Counted from the stretch's first letter, positions 1-8,206 are shown. The stretch is 15,485 nt of DNA from Candidatus Undinarchaeota archaeon (GCA_964549355.1 CAZJUS010000020.1:1-15485); one strand, 5' to 3'. The notes: generated by a model from the letters alone, not told the origin. Program-made: numbers and translations.

Positions 1-369
1 GCCCGCTTCATACTGCAGGGCATTGTTCCTGCAATTGGAATGATAATCATCACCTCCACCGTCGCAGTCGGAATCGGCATGTCTTTTGCCAGCATCATTG
101 ACGACTTCCAAAGCTTCCAGGTTGTGCAGAATATCGTAGTAATGCCCATGGTCTTCCTGTCCACTGCATTCGTTGATGTCGCGCACGCCCCCGGATGGCT
201 CTCAGTGGTGGTAAAGCTGAACCCTTTCAGCTACGGCATCGACGGCATCCGGCATTTCCTGACAGGACTGGGTGCATTCCCCCTCTGGCTTGACATCCTG
301 GTCGCAAGTTCGGCCGCCATAGTTGCGATGCTGGCAAGCTCATACCTGTTCGAAAAAATTGAGATTTGA
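1..369 (+). CDS. ABC-2 type transporter permease, C-terminal part (5'-truncated by window)
   Basis: Frame open from base 1 to TGA at 367-369; hydrophobic helices with ABC-2 motifs (MPMVFLSTAF, PGWL..VVKLNPFSYGIDGIR). Confidence 0.85.
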   Translation, partial: ARFILQGIVPAIGMIIITSTVAVGIGMSFASIIDDFQSFQVVQNIVVMPMVFLSTAFVDVAHAPGWLSVVVKLNPFSYGIDGIRHFLTGLGAFPLWLDILVASSAAIVAMLASSYLFEKIEI

Positions 370-402
370 CAACGCATATAACTCTGCAGGAGGAATAGTT
401 TC

Positions 403-567
403 ATGGTTGATTTCTGGACATGGATGGGGACCTTCTTCACAACAGAAAGAATAACCGCCGGGCTCATTGCAGTCGCTTTGGTCCTGGCAGCACTCCTGCT
501 CTTCAACAAATTCTGGAAAAACAAGGCGGTCCCGAAGGACAAAATCCCGCCCTTGATGCCGGAGTAA
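403..567 (+). CDS. Small single-pass membrane protein, 54 aa (MVDFWTWMGTFFTTERITAGLIAVALVLAALLLFNKFWKNKAVPKDKIPPLMPE)
   Basis: Translated by hand (absent from ORF track); GGAGG SD at 389-393, one TM helix followed by a basic stretch; fills the gap between the ABC gene and the tRNA promoter. Confidence 0.7.
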   Translation: MVDFWTWMGTFFTTERITAGLIAVALVLAALLLFNKFWKNKAVPKDKIPPLMPE

Positions 568-570
568 GGG

Positions 571-579
571 CTTTTAAAT
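571..579 (+). promoter_or_regulatory. Archaeal TATA box for tRNA-iMet
   Basis: CTTTTAAAT about 33 nt upstream of tRNA nt 1. Confidence 0.55.
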
Positions 580-605
580 CCCAAAGGGATGAAGGATATG
601 GGGAC

Positions 606-724
606 AGCGGGGTAGGGCAGGCTGGAGTGCCCGCCGGGCTCATACAACCCTTCCGCTCGCAGAATAGTTGACGGAAAGAGTTGGGGAAACCCGGAGGTCG
701 GAGGTTCAAATCCTCCTCCCGCTA
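606..724 (+). tRNA. Initiator tRNA-Met(CAU) with 44-nt intron (645-688) at position 37/38
   Basis: Acceptor AGCGGGG/TCCCGCT with A1-U72; anticodon stem CCGGG/CCCGG with three G-C pairs; CAT at 641-643; T-arm GGAGG-TTCAAAT-CCTCC; intron forms a hairpin with a relaxed BHB; CCA not encoded. Confidence 0.93.
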
Positions 725-922
725 AGCTTTTGGAAAAAGTTTTATCAAAAACAGAGCTGGCTATCGAGATAGCCACCGTGGTCGAACTTCGTAAAGTTCG
801 GTGAGAATCCTCCTCCCGCTAAGCTTTTGGAAAAAGTTTTATCAAAATCAACGCTCTGCGTTGGATGGGGTTTAGAAAGGGGCGGAGCCCCTTCTGTGGG
901 AATCCTCCTCCCGCTAAGCTTT
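709..922 (+). repeat. Array of tRNA-iMet 3'-end direct repeats (709-750, 806-847, partial 901-922) with 55- and 53-bp unique palindromic spacers
   Basis: Two identical 42-bp copies of AATCCTCCTCCCGCTAAGCTTTTGGAAAAAGTTTTATCAAAA; the third copy matches the first 22 bp. Confidence 0.92.
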
Positions 923-952
923 GCACCGATTGGCTTTTAACTTTGCCCGCCT

Positions 953-2215
953 GTGCACGGGGTGGAGGAAAGGGAGTGGATTCTCAGCCGGATAAACCTG
1001 CAAGAAAAATGGCGTAGCAGGTGCATCAACCTCATTGCCAGTGAAAACACCACCAGCCGTTGGGTGGAGAAAGCATACACCACGGATTTTATGCACAGAT
1101 ACGCAGAAGGCACGCCGTTCAACAGATACTACCAGGGGACTGAAGTCATCGACGAAATCGAGGACAAAGCCAATAAATTCTTTGCAAAACGGCTCGGCGT
1201 CAACAGGGCGGATGTAAGGCCCGTATCGGGGGCCATCGCAAATATGGCGGTCATGGGGGCGCTCACAAACCCAGGGGACGCCATAGTCAGCTTATCGGTC
1301 CCTGCAGGGGCGCATTCAAGCCATTCGAAAGGGGGGGTGGCAGGACTGCTGGGATTGAATCCAATCAAGCTGGCGTTCAACGGCAAAGACTTTTCGATTG
1401 ATGCTGATGCATCATCCAAAATCATCCGGGAGGAAAAACCCAAACTCGCCCTGATAGGGGCTTCACTGATTTTGTTCCCGCTGGATCTTGCAGGCGTAAA
1501 GGAGGCGTGCGAGGAAGTGGGATGCAAATTGGTCTATGACGCTGCGCATGTCTTCGGCCTGATTTTCTCCGGCAAGTTCCAGAAGCCGTTCGAAGAAGGG
1601 GCGGAAATCCTGACCACATCGACGCACAAAACTTTCCCCGGCCCGCAGGGCGGACTGATTGCAGCGCGGATCGATGAAGACTCGGAATGGTCCGGCGTGC
1701 AGAGGGGGGTGTTCCCCAAAATCCTCAGCAACCACCACCTGCACAGAATCCCTGCCGTCTTGATGGCGGCATATGAGATGGTGGAGTTCGGGGATGCATA
1801 CGCGGGGCAGATTTTGAAGAACGCCAAAGCCTTGGCGGAAGCCCTCCATGAGGAAGGCTTTGCAGTGTGTGCTGAATCGCGGGGATTCACAGAAAGCCAT
1901 CAGGTTGCCGTGGATGTCACTGAGTTTGGAGGGGGCAGGCCCGTCGCTGAAAACTTGGAGAAAGCCAACATAATACTGAACAAGAATCTTCTGCCGTGGG
2001 ACACTCTCAATTTCAAAACACTGGACAACCCGAGTGGCATCAGGCTGGGTGTTTCGGAAATGACCCGGTTCGGCATGAAGGAAGAAGAGATGAGGCAAAT
2101 CGCAGAATTCATAAAAAAAGTTGTCGTGAAAAAAAAGTCCACAGAAAAAATAAGAAAAGATGTTGAAGCTTTCCGATCCAAGTTCCAAAAAATTCACTTT
2201 ACATGGGAGGAGTGA
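953..2215 (+). CDS. glyA: Serine hydroxymethyltransferase (archaeal type); start may be GTG at 962
   Basis: INLIASEN, RYAEG, YDAAH, PLP-lysine motif TTSTHKTFPGPQGG, NKNLLPWD, SGIRLG. Confidence 0.97.
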   Translation: MHGVEEREWILSRINLQEKWRSRCINLIASENTTSRWVEKAYTTDFMHRYAEGTPFNRYYQGTEVIDEIEDKANKFFAKRLGVNRADVRPVSGAIANMAVMGALTNPGDAIVSLSVPAGAHSSHSKGGVAGLLGLNPIKLAFNGKDFSIDADASSKIIREEKPKLALIGASLILFPLDLAGVKEACEEVGCKLVYDAAHVFGLIFSGKFQKPFEEGAEILTTSTHKTFPGPQGGLIAARIDEDSEWSGVQRGVFPKILSNHHLHRIPAVLMAAYEMVEFGDAYAGQILKNAKALAEALHEEGFAVCAESRGFTESHQVAVDVTEFGGGRPVAENLEKANIILNKNLLPWDTLNFKTLDNPSGIRLGVSEMTRFGMKEEEMRQIAEFIKKVVVKKKSTEKIRKDVEAFRSKFQKIHFTWEE

Positions 2216-2219
2216 TTAA

Positions 2220-3560
2220 ATGAAAACTGCAAGTGAAACATTGAAAGTCATATCTCTGGGCGCGGGGCCGAAATACAAAACATTGAACATTGACGACATT
2301 GTTGCATTAAGCGGTCTGCAGACTTTCAGAGGGGGGACCCTGGATGATTACATTGCCAACGGAGAAGTGGATAAAGAACGCATCAAAACCATTCATAGAG
2401 AATCCACTCGAAGGGGGCATGCTTCGATGACAACAACACCTTCCTTATTTTTTGAAGTGGAGGGGAGCAGAATGATTGACTTGTACGGCTCTGCTTTCCC
2501 ATTCGGCAGTTTCATCATGTTCAGCTCAAGAAGAGTAAAAGTCACCGATGACCTTCTGGTCCGGCCTGACGCTCTGAATGAAAACTCCTGGCGGAGCTAC
2601 AAAGGTCTGCTTAAAGAATATGAAAGCATGTGGGAAGGGGGCTCGAGAGATAAAGCCAGAAAAGTCCTGCCTTTGGGCTTCTACTCACACGGTTTAATGA
2701 AATTTTCTGCAGAAGACATTGTGCATATGAAAAAGGAAACTATGGAAACTGCTGTGCCGAAGGAGCTGAGCCTGATGGCGGACAAGATGGGCGGAATCTT
2801 CAAGGAAAATGCGCCTTTGCTCTATGAAGCTGCCATGGAAAGAAAAGCTTCGCTGTCATACGGCAATCCGAATATATTCCATGAAAACAAATTGCCGCGA
2901 TTTTCGAGCGACAAAAATGTAAACATCAAAATATGGAAAGATGCACACTTGCAACAAATTGTGAATGAATTCAAATCGAATTCCCCTCCTGGATTCGACG
3001 ACTGGAAAAAACTATCAATGAACATAATGGATATGGTTTATGCAAATGCTGTTTTATCCGGTTCTATTGCAGTTTGGAATGAGGTGAAACGCCACAGAAC
3101 AATTGTCCAGAAAGCAGAATCCGTTTATGATGCAGTTGACAGAGCTTTCGACGAGGTAAATTCACTTTCCAAAAATGAAACTCCGAGATGGATTCACATT
3201 CCGCCTGGAAAAAGTGAATCGTATGTCGAAGCTGTTCACAATTCACTCGCAGAATACCACAGGCTTGCGGATAAAATTGAAAAACGCGATGCAATATATG
3301 TCGTCCCGCACTGTGTGAAAATCAAATTCTCGCTTGCAATGAACGGCTTTCATTTGGTAGACCCGTTCGGGTTCCTTGGGATAAGAAGCTGCACCACATC
3401 AGATTATGAAGTGCAGGAGCTTGCGCGCAAAATAAAAACCGAAGTCATAAAGCAGGTGCCTGCCCTTGAAGGCTTGATAGGGCCCAAGTGCAAGACAGGG
3501 GTCTGCCCGGAAAGGCGGCCCTGCGGTATTGTCAAAATGTACTCAAAAAACGGTGACTGA
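2220..3560 (+). CDS. thyX: Flavin-dependent thymidylate synthase-like protein with two tandem Thy1 domains
   Basis: RHR-x7-S motif (KRHRTIVQKAES) in the C-half; N-half has GHAS, SSRRV, ARKVLPLG; C-terminal GPKC..G.CPE..PC typical of ThyX; directly after glyA. Confidence 0.75.
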   Translation: MKTASETLKVISLGAGPKYKTLNIDDIVALSGLQTFRGGTLDDYIANGEVDKERIKTIHRESTRRGHASMTTTPSLFFEVEGSRMIDLYGSAFPFGSFIMFSSRRVKVTDDLLVRPDALNENSWRSYKGLLKEYESMWEGGSRDKARKVLPLGFYSHGLMKFSAEDIVHMKKETMETAVPKELSLMADKMGGIFKENAPLLYEAAMERKASLSYGNPNIFHENKLPRFSSDKNVNIKIWKDAHLQQIVNEFKSNSPPGFDDWKKLSMNIMDMVYANAVLSGSIAVWNEVKRHRTIVQKAESVYDAVDRAFDEVNSLSKNETPRWIHIPPGKSESYVEAVHNSLAEYHRLADKIEKRDAIYVVPHCVKIKFSLAMNGFHLVDPFGFLGIRSCTTSDYEVQELARKIKTEVIKQVPALEGLIGPKCKTGVCPERRPCGIVKMYSKNGD

Positions 3561-3561
3561 T

Positions 3562-4005
3562 ATGCCCCCCCGGGGAATCTACGTCCTCCTCATAAAAATC
3601 GGCAGAAAAACGCTGGAGATAGGGGCGCTTGGAAAAATCTGCTTTGAAGGCGAATATGCTTATGTTGGATCAGACCAAAGGGGAGGGAGGCTGGAAAGGC
3701 ACTGCAGGAAAGAAAAACCGAAAAAGTGGCACATAGATTACTTGACAAACGAAGGGGAAGTCCTCGGGGCATGGGTGATGCCCCTGCCGAAGAGTGCGGA
3801 GTCCGAGCTGGCCGAATTTTTGGCAGACAGGTTCCCTGTAACAAAAGGTTTCGGCAACAGCGACTGCAGAGATGCAGGGCATTTATTCAAAGTTGATGAA
3901 AGGCTGGAAGACTCAGTAGCAGAATTTGCATCACATAAAGGTGTTGCCTACATGTGGTGGGTGCAAAACTCTAAAAATTGCCCTGCATCAATGAAGAATG
4001 CCTAA
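3562..4005 (+). CDS. DUF123 / GIY-YIG (Uri) family nuclease-like protein
   Basis: GIYVLLI, YAYVGS, RLERH, WHIDYL, GFGNSDC motifs; ATG 3562 preceded by GGTGA SD. Confidence 0.85.
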   Translation: MPPRGIYVLLIKIGRKTLEIGALGKICFEGEYAYVGSDQRGGRLERHCRKEKPKKWHIDYLTNEGEVLGAWVMPLPKSAESELAEFLADRFPVTKGFGNSDCRDAGHLFKVDERLEDSVAEFASHKGVAYMWWVQNSKNCPASMKNA

Positions 4006-5560
4006 ATACATTATCATCACCGGCGGAGTCATGAGTGGGATTGGCAAGGGGCTTCTCTCCGCCAGCATCGGCCGCCTGCTGAAATCGTGCGGTTATTCGG
4101 TTACCTTGACAAAAATCGACCCCTACATGAATGTGGATGCAGGAACCCTGAGCCCTTTTGAACACGGCGAAGTCTTCGTCCTCAGGGACGGGGGGGAGGT
4201 CGACTTGGACTTCGGCCACTATGAAAGATTCACAGACATTCCCCTTGCCAAAAGCCACAACATCACCACCGGGACTGTTTTCGAAAAAGTGATAGAGGGT
4301 GAACGGAAGGGGGAGTATCTCGGGAAGACAATCCAGATGATTCCGCACGTGACCGACGAAATCAAAAAGCGCATCAGGGAGAATTCGCAGGGCGTCGATA
4401 TCTCGATTATTGAAGTGGGCGGGACTACGGGCGATATAGAAGGCATGACTTTTCTGGAGGCCATAAGGCAACTGAAAAAGGAGGAAGACCTGATCAATAT
4501 CCATTTGACGTTAATTCCAATTCTCGGGATAGACCAGAAAACCAAACCAACCCAGCACAGTGTAATTGAACTGAGGAGGGTTGGAATAATGCCTGAAATA
4601 CTGGTCGGCAGATGCAGTGAAAAGCTTACAGAAAAAACCAGAAAAAAGCTGGCTTTGTTCTGCAGTGTCGAAGAAAGGGCGGTCATAAGCGACCACGACC
4701 TGAAAAATATATACCATCTGCCACTGACCCTGCGCGATGAAGGCATCCACAGAATAATACAGGAGTATCTGGGACTTGATGTCCGCGAGCCCAATCTCAG
4801 CAGGTGGAAAGCTTTTGTGAACAATTACCAGTCCGGCAGAAAAATATCCGTCGGGATTGTCGGCAAATACTCAAGAGGCGATACATATCTCAGCATCCAG
4901 GAGGCCCTTGCACATGCCGGCGTAGCAGTGGGGGTCGCTCCTGAAATAAGATGGATTGACAGCGAACAAGTCAAAGAGCATCCGGGCACGCTGGAAGGGG
5001 TAGACTGCATGATAACTCCAGGGGGATTTGGAACCAGAGGCATTGAAGGAAAAATCAAAGCCATCCAATACGCCCGGGAGAACAAAATACCCTGGCTCGG
5101 CCTGTGCCTGGGATTCCAGCTGGCGGTTGTTGAGTTTGCAAGGAATGTAGCCGGAATTGCCGGAGCCAACAGCACAGAAATGGAGCCCGACACCCGGCAT
5201 CCTGTAATCATCCCCCACTGGGAAGCGGGCCAGAATATAATGGGGGGCACCATGAGGCTCGGCGACAAGGAGGTCATCCTGGAGCCCGGGACACTGATAC
5301 ATAAAATTTACGGCAGAGGCATAATTTACGAAAGGCACCGCCACAGGTACGGGCTCAACCCGAAATACCTCGACCGGCTGGCCGAGGCGGGCATGGTCTT
5401 CAGCGCAGTCTGCCCGGAGGACAAGACAGTGGAGGCCCTGGAAATTCCGGGCCAATATTTCATCGGGATACAATACCACCCTGAATTTTTGAGCCGGCCG
5501 ACCAGACCGCACCCCCTCTTTGCGGGCCTGCTTGAAGCCGCAAAAAACAAGGAAGCATAA
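3998..5560 (+). CDS. pyrG: CTP synthase
   Basis: TGGVMSGIGKG, KIDPYMNVDAGT, DLDFGHYERF, KTKPTQHSV, GLCLGFQ, ERHRHRY, QYHPEF. Confidence 0.98.
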   Translation: MPKYIIITGGVMSGIGKGLLSASIGRLLKSCGYSVTLTKIDPYMNVDAGTLSPFEHGEVFVLRDGGEVDLDFGHYERFTDIPLAKSHNITTGTVFEKVIEGERKGEYLGKTIQMIPHVTDEIKKRIRENSQGVDISIIEVGGTTGDIEGMTFLEAIRQLKKEEDLINIHLTLIPILGIDQKTKPTQHSVIELRRVGIMPEILVGRCSEKLTEKTRKKLALFCSVEERAVISDHDLKNIYHLPLTLRDEGIHRIIQEYLGLDVREPNLSRWKAFVNNYQSGRKISVGIVGKYSRGDTYLSIQEALAHAGVAVGVAPEIRWIDSEQVKEHPGTLEGVDCMITPGGFGTRGIEGKIKAIQYARENKIPWLGLCLGFQLAVVEFARNVAGIAGANSTEMEPDTRHPVIIPHWEAGQNIMGGTMRLGDKEVILEPGTLIHKIYGRGIIYERHRHRYGLNPKYLDRLAEAGMVFSAVCPEDKTVEALEIPGQYFIGIQYHPEFLSRPTRPHPLFAGLLEAAKNKEA

Positions 5561-5590
5561 GTTTAAATTCCGCCGGAGGGGCATAGTAAT

Positions 5591-6166
5591 GTGATAGCCC
5601 TTGAAACCGTGCTGTTTATTGTCATGGGCCTTTTCCTGGCTTTCTATTTGAGCTTGAGGCTGAGGATGGGCGGACGATGGATGAAGAAAAAAGGAATTAT
5701 CGGCGTCGGAATTGTCTTCGCAGTCACAGGCGTCCTTCTGCTTCTGCTGGCGTTCCTGTCCCAAAGCATCCAATTCCTTTCAATTTTCCAGCCGTACATG
5801 CCCATATACATCCGGGTCGGGGTCGGGGTGCTGGCCCTGGGCGCCGTCTTCATAATAATCGGAGAGTTCCGCAAGACGGGGCTCAAGGAAGCCGGACTCG
5901 AAATTGAAGCTGAAAAAAGGAGATACATAGAAAGAGTCCGGTCCGGGCTGACTGTGGAAGAGGCGGAGGATATTGCCAAGAGGCACATAAAAGGGGTCAC
6001 AGGCAGGAACACCAAGCTGGTGGCCAGCAAAAAGGAGTTCAAGCAGTGGGCGATATACCTCAAGGACAAGAAGGAGAAATACTACAGGGTTGTAATCAAC
6101 CAGAAGGGGCAGATTGACGAATGGGAGTCCATGGATGAAATCCCGAGCTATATTCTGAGCCCGTAG
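5591..6166 (+). CDS. Membrane protein (2-3 TM) with C-terminal PepSY-like soluble domain
   Basis: Hydrophobic N-half; C-terminal LTVEEAEDIAKRH...WAIYL...VVINQKGQI resembles PepSY; TTTAAA at 5562-5567. Confidence 0.6.
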   Translation: MIALETVLFIVMGLFLAFYLSLRLRMGGRWMKKKGIIGVGIVFAVTGVLLLLLAFLSQSIQFLSIFQPYMPIYIRVGVGVLALGAVFIIIGEFRKTGLKEAGLEIEAEKRRYIERVRSGLTVEEAEDIAKRHIKGVTGRNTKLVASKKEFKQWAIYLKDKKEKYYRVVINQKGQIDEWESMDEIPSYILSP

Positions 6167-6194
6167 GGGGTTTAGAAAGGGGGCGGAGCCCCCT
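6167..6194. repeat. Dispersed palindromic element GGGGTTTAGAAAGGGG(G)C-GGA-GCCCC(C)T between convergent genes; second copy at 867-892
   Basis: Near-identical to spacer 2 of the tRNA-iMet array, with a compensatory one-bp longer stem. Confidence 0.8.
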
Positions 6195-6196
6195 GG

Positions 6197-6961
6197 CTAC
6201 GCAATCCTGCTCCGAAGAATCAGCAGGTCGCCGTCCATCATTTCAAAATCCAGCCCGGCCCGGATGGTCCTCTTCCCGCGCCGGATTTTGGCCCACTCAA
6301 AATTCTCAACAAAGGATTTGTGGATTTTCCCCGCGACATCCCGGACTGATGAACCTTTCCTCACAAGCAGGGGATAGGTGCCGTCGACTGTGAATACGCG
6401 GATGAGGCTGAGTGAATCCCACACAGCCTTCAAGACCGCATCAGGCGATTTGAAATCCGACGCAAAAATTATCTTTTTGTCCTTGAAGCTCTTTGCCAGT
6501 GAACGGTCGCTCCCGCATACAACCACCGCATCTGCATTGTGGCCGTAGCTGGAATCAAAGCTGGGGGTGTCTATTATCTGGAGCTTGGCTTCTTTGTAAT
6601 GGGCGATGGCAGTCTCCGGCTCCTGGGTCGAATTGGGATACGGCTGGGGCTCGCCTTCCCCGGTCCATGCCTTGAAAAGGCTGGTCTTGCCCGAATTCTC
6701 CGGGCCCACCAGCACAACCATGGGCGCCACTTTCTTGATGCCTTTGTGGCCTCCTGACTTTCTGGCCCTGCGCTCGGCCTCGACCTTGTGCTCAAGCCGG
6801 GCCAGCGTCTTCTTCAGGCGCCCAAGCAACTTCTCAGTGCCCTTGTGCTTCGGGGCGATGGAAATCAGCTCCCTGAGCAGGCGGATTTTCTGGGCGGAGC
6901 TGGTGGCGGACTTGTACTCCTCATACTTCTTGCCGAATTCGACTGTAAGGTTTGCAGGCAC
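6197..6961 (-). CDS. Shortened DRG/OBG-family GTP-binding protein with C-terminal TGS domain (254 aa)
   Basis: Family N-terminus (M)PANL...PKHKGTEKL places the start at GTG 6961; P-loop GPENSGKTS; TGS KGSSVRDVAGKIHKSF..F.WAKI...DGD. Confidence 0.8.
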   Translation of the reverse strand: MPANLTVEFGKKYEEYKSATSSAQKIRLLRELISIAPKHKGTEKLLGRLKKTLARLEHKVEAERRARKSGGHKGIKKVAPMVVLVGPENSGKTSLFKAWTGEGEPQPYPNSTQEPETAIAHYKEAKLQIIDTPSFDSSYGHNADAVVVCGSDRSLAKSFKDKKIIFASDFKSPDAVLKAVWDSLSLIRVFTVDGTYPLLVRKGSSVRDVAGKIHKSFVENFEWAKIRRGKRTIRAGLDFEMMDGDLLILRSRIA

Positions 6962-6989
6962 AGAAATCTTAAACGCCGTATTAAAAAAT

Positions 6990-7748
6990 TCAACGTATCT
7001 GCCGATAGTCCAACTGCCCCCTAAACTTTTCATAAAGTTTTCTGCGGAAACGGCGGAAACTGCGGAAACTGCTGGATGAGGCCCCCTTCATCTCAAGTGA
7101 AGTTGCAATATCGCGCAGGAGGTAGTAGACAAGCGTCTTGATTTTTTCTTGGTCCAGTCTTCTTGAAGAAGTCACAGCCTCGATATCCGGCAGGTACGCA
7201 AGTCTGCCTTTGCCTCTCAAAAGTTTGCTGATAGCTACATCTTCGCTGGGCACTTCCGGGAACCCGCCGACTTCAAAAAAAACACCACGGCGGATGACTG
7301 CATTCGAACCTGAAAGCCTTCCTGCTTTTATTTTTGCCATGAACTCAAAAAAAGAATTGTCAAGCTTGTCAATCAGCTTCAAGTATTCATTCTCACCGGA
7401 CAGAATCAGCTTGCCTGTCAAAGCCACTGCATCGGGATGCTCCTGCAGATAGAGATGGCTTTTTTGGAGGTAGTCCGCAGACAGCCGGGTATCAGCATCC
7501 ACAAAAACCAAAAGTTTTCCCTTTGATGCATCTGCACCCGCATTTCTTGCGACTGCAATGCCTCTCCGCCGGCATTCAACTACATCGGCGCCGAGGGATT
7601 TTGCAAGCTCTGCAGTCCTGTCGGTTGAACCGTTGTCCACGACAATAATTTCAAAGCTCAGGCGTGTCCGCTGGCTCTTGATCGCCTCCAGGCATGCTTC
7701 GATATATTTTTCTTCATTGAGTGCGGGGATAATGAAGGACGCATCCAC
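6990..7748 (-). CDS. Glycosyltransferase family 2
   Basis: SFIIPALNEE, IIVVDNGSTDRT, ARNAGA, FVDAD, GGFPE, EDV, TSSRR. Confidence 0.93.
   Translation of the reverse strand: MDASFIIPALNEEKYIEACLEAIKSQRTRLSFEIIVVDNGSTDRTAELAKSLGADVVECRRRGIAVARNAGADASKGKLLVFVDADTRLSADYLQKSHLYLQEHPDAVALTGKLILSGENEYLKLIDKLDNSFFEFMAKIKAGRLSGSNAVIRRGVFFEVGGFPEVPSEDVAISKLLRGKGRLAYLPDIEAVTSSRRLDQEKIKTLVYYLLRDIATSLEMKGASSSSFRSFRRFRRKLYEKFRGQLDYRQIR
7042..7075. repeat. 9-bp tandem repeat (CTGCGGAAA) about 3.7 copies in the GT2 3' end, encoding SSFRSFRRFRR
   Basis: ctgcggaaa cggcggaaa ctgcggaaa ctgctgg. Confidence 0.7.
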
Positions 7749-7810
7749 AAAACAACAACCAGAATGTAATTAAAAAGAAAGCGATAAATAGGTCGAAGGA
7801 GGTTCAAACT

Positions 7811-8203
7811 GTGAACTGGATAGTCTTTTCAATCCTGGCGTCAATAGGCATCGGACTGATGAACCTGGTTCCGAGGCTGGTCGCCACAGGGGTGATGACC
7901 TATATTGCAGTAATCTTTGCAACTGGAGCTCTCCTGTCCCTGCCTTTTGCAATGGCAGAGGGCACCAGCTTCAATGCAATCCTGCTCCTCATAGGTGCAG
8001 GCGTCCTTTATTTTTTCACGAATGTTTCAATGTTCAAGGCTCTGAAACTCTCACCCAATCCGGGAATGGTTGCATCAATCCTGCAAAGCTCGGTAATCCT
8101 GACTTATGTGCTGAGCCATCTCCTCCTTAAAGCGAAGCTGACTCCAATAAAGATGATAGGGGCTTTGATGACAATCGTTGGCGCCATCATAATCTCAATT
8201 TAA
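7811..8203 (+). CDS. EamA/DMT family small transporter (single EamA domain)
   Basis: 130 aa, about 5 TM; FKALK..P.PG.VASI, LSHLLLKAKLT..KMIGALM pattern; AAGGAGG SD upstream. Confidence 0.75.
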   Translation: MNWIVFSILASIGIGLMNLVPRLVATGVMTYIAVIFATGALLSLPFAMAEGTSFNAILLLIGAGVLYFFTNVSMFKALKLSPNPGMVASILQSSVILTYVLSHLLLKAKLTPIKMIGALMTIVGAIIISI

Positions 8204-8206
8204 GTG

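Noticed and set aside
231..776. ORFs 231-776(-), 420-671(+) and 503-709(-)
   Set aside because: They run through the tRNA-iMet gene and other real genes and have no recognisable protein features
709..922. Canonical CRISPR array
   Set aside because: The repeat derives from the tRNA 3' end, there are only 2.5 copies, the spacers are palindromic and match other loci in this window, and no cas genes are present
801..922. Split-tRNA 3' halves (also 8483-8503)
   Set aside because: The copies lack the 5' side of the T-stem and the anticodon-stem half, and have no promoter or trans-splicing leader complementary to a 5' half
3562..4005. GIY-YIG gene as a homing endonuclease or the mobiliser of the tRNA cassettes
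   Set aside because: Motifs match the widespread archaeal DUF123 family, it is embedded in a housekeeping operon, and there is no intron or intein context
6962..7033. Upstream ATG start of the GTPase overlapping GT2
   Set aside because: The family N-terminus PANL and a TATA-like box at 6981-6988 favour GTG 6961
7791..7808. GGTCGAAGGAGGTTCAAA resembling the tRNA-iMet T-arm (696-710)
   Set aside because: Short gapped match explained by the GGAGG SD of the EamA gene; no other tRNA structure
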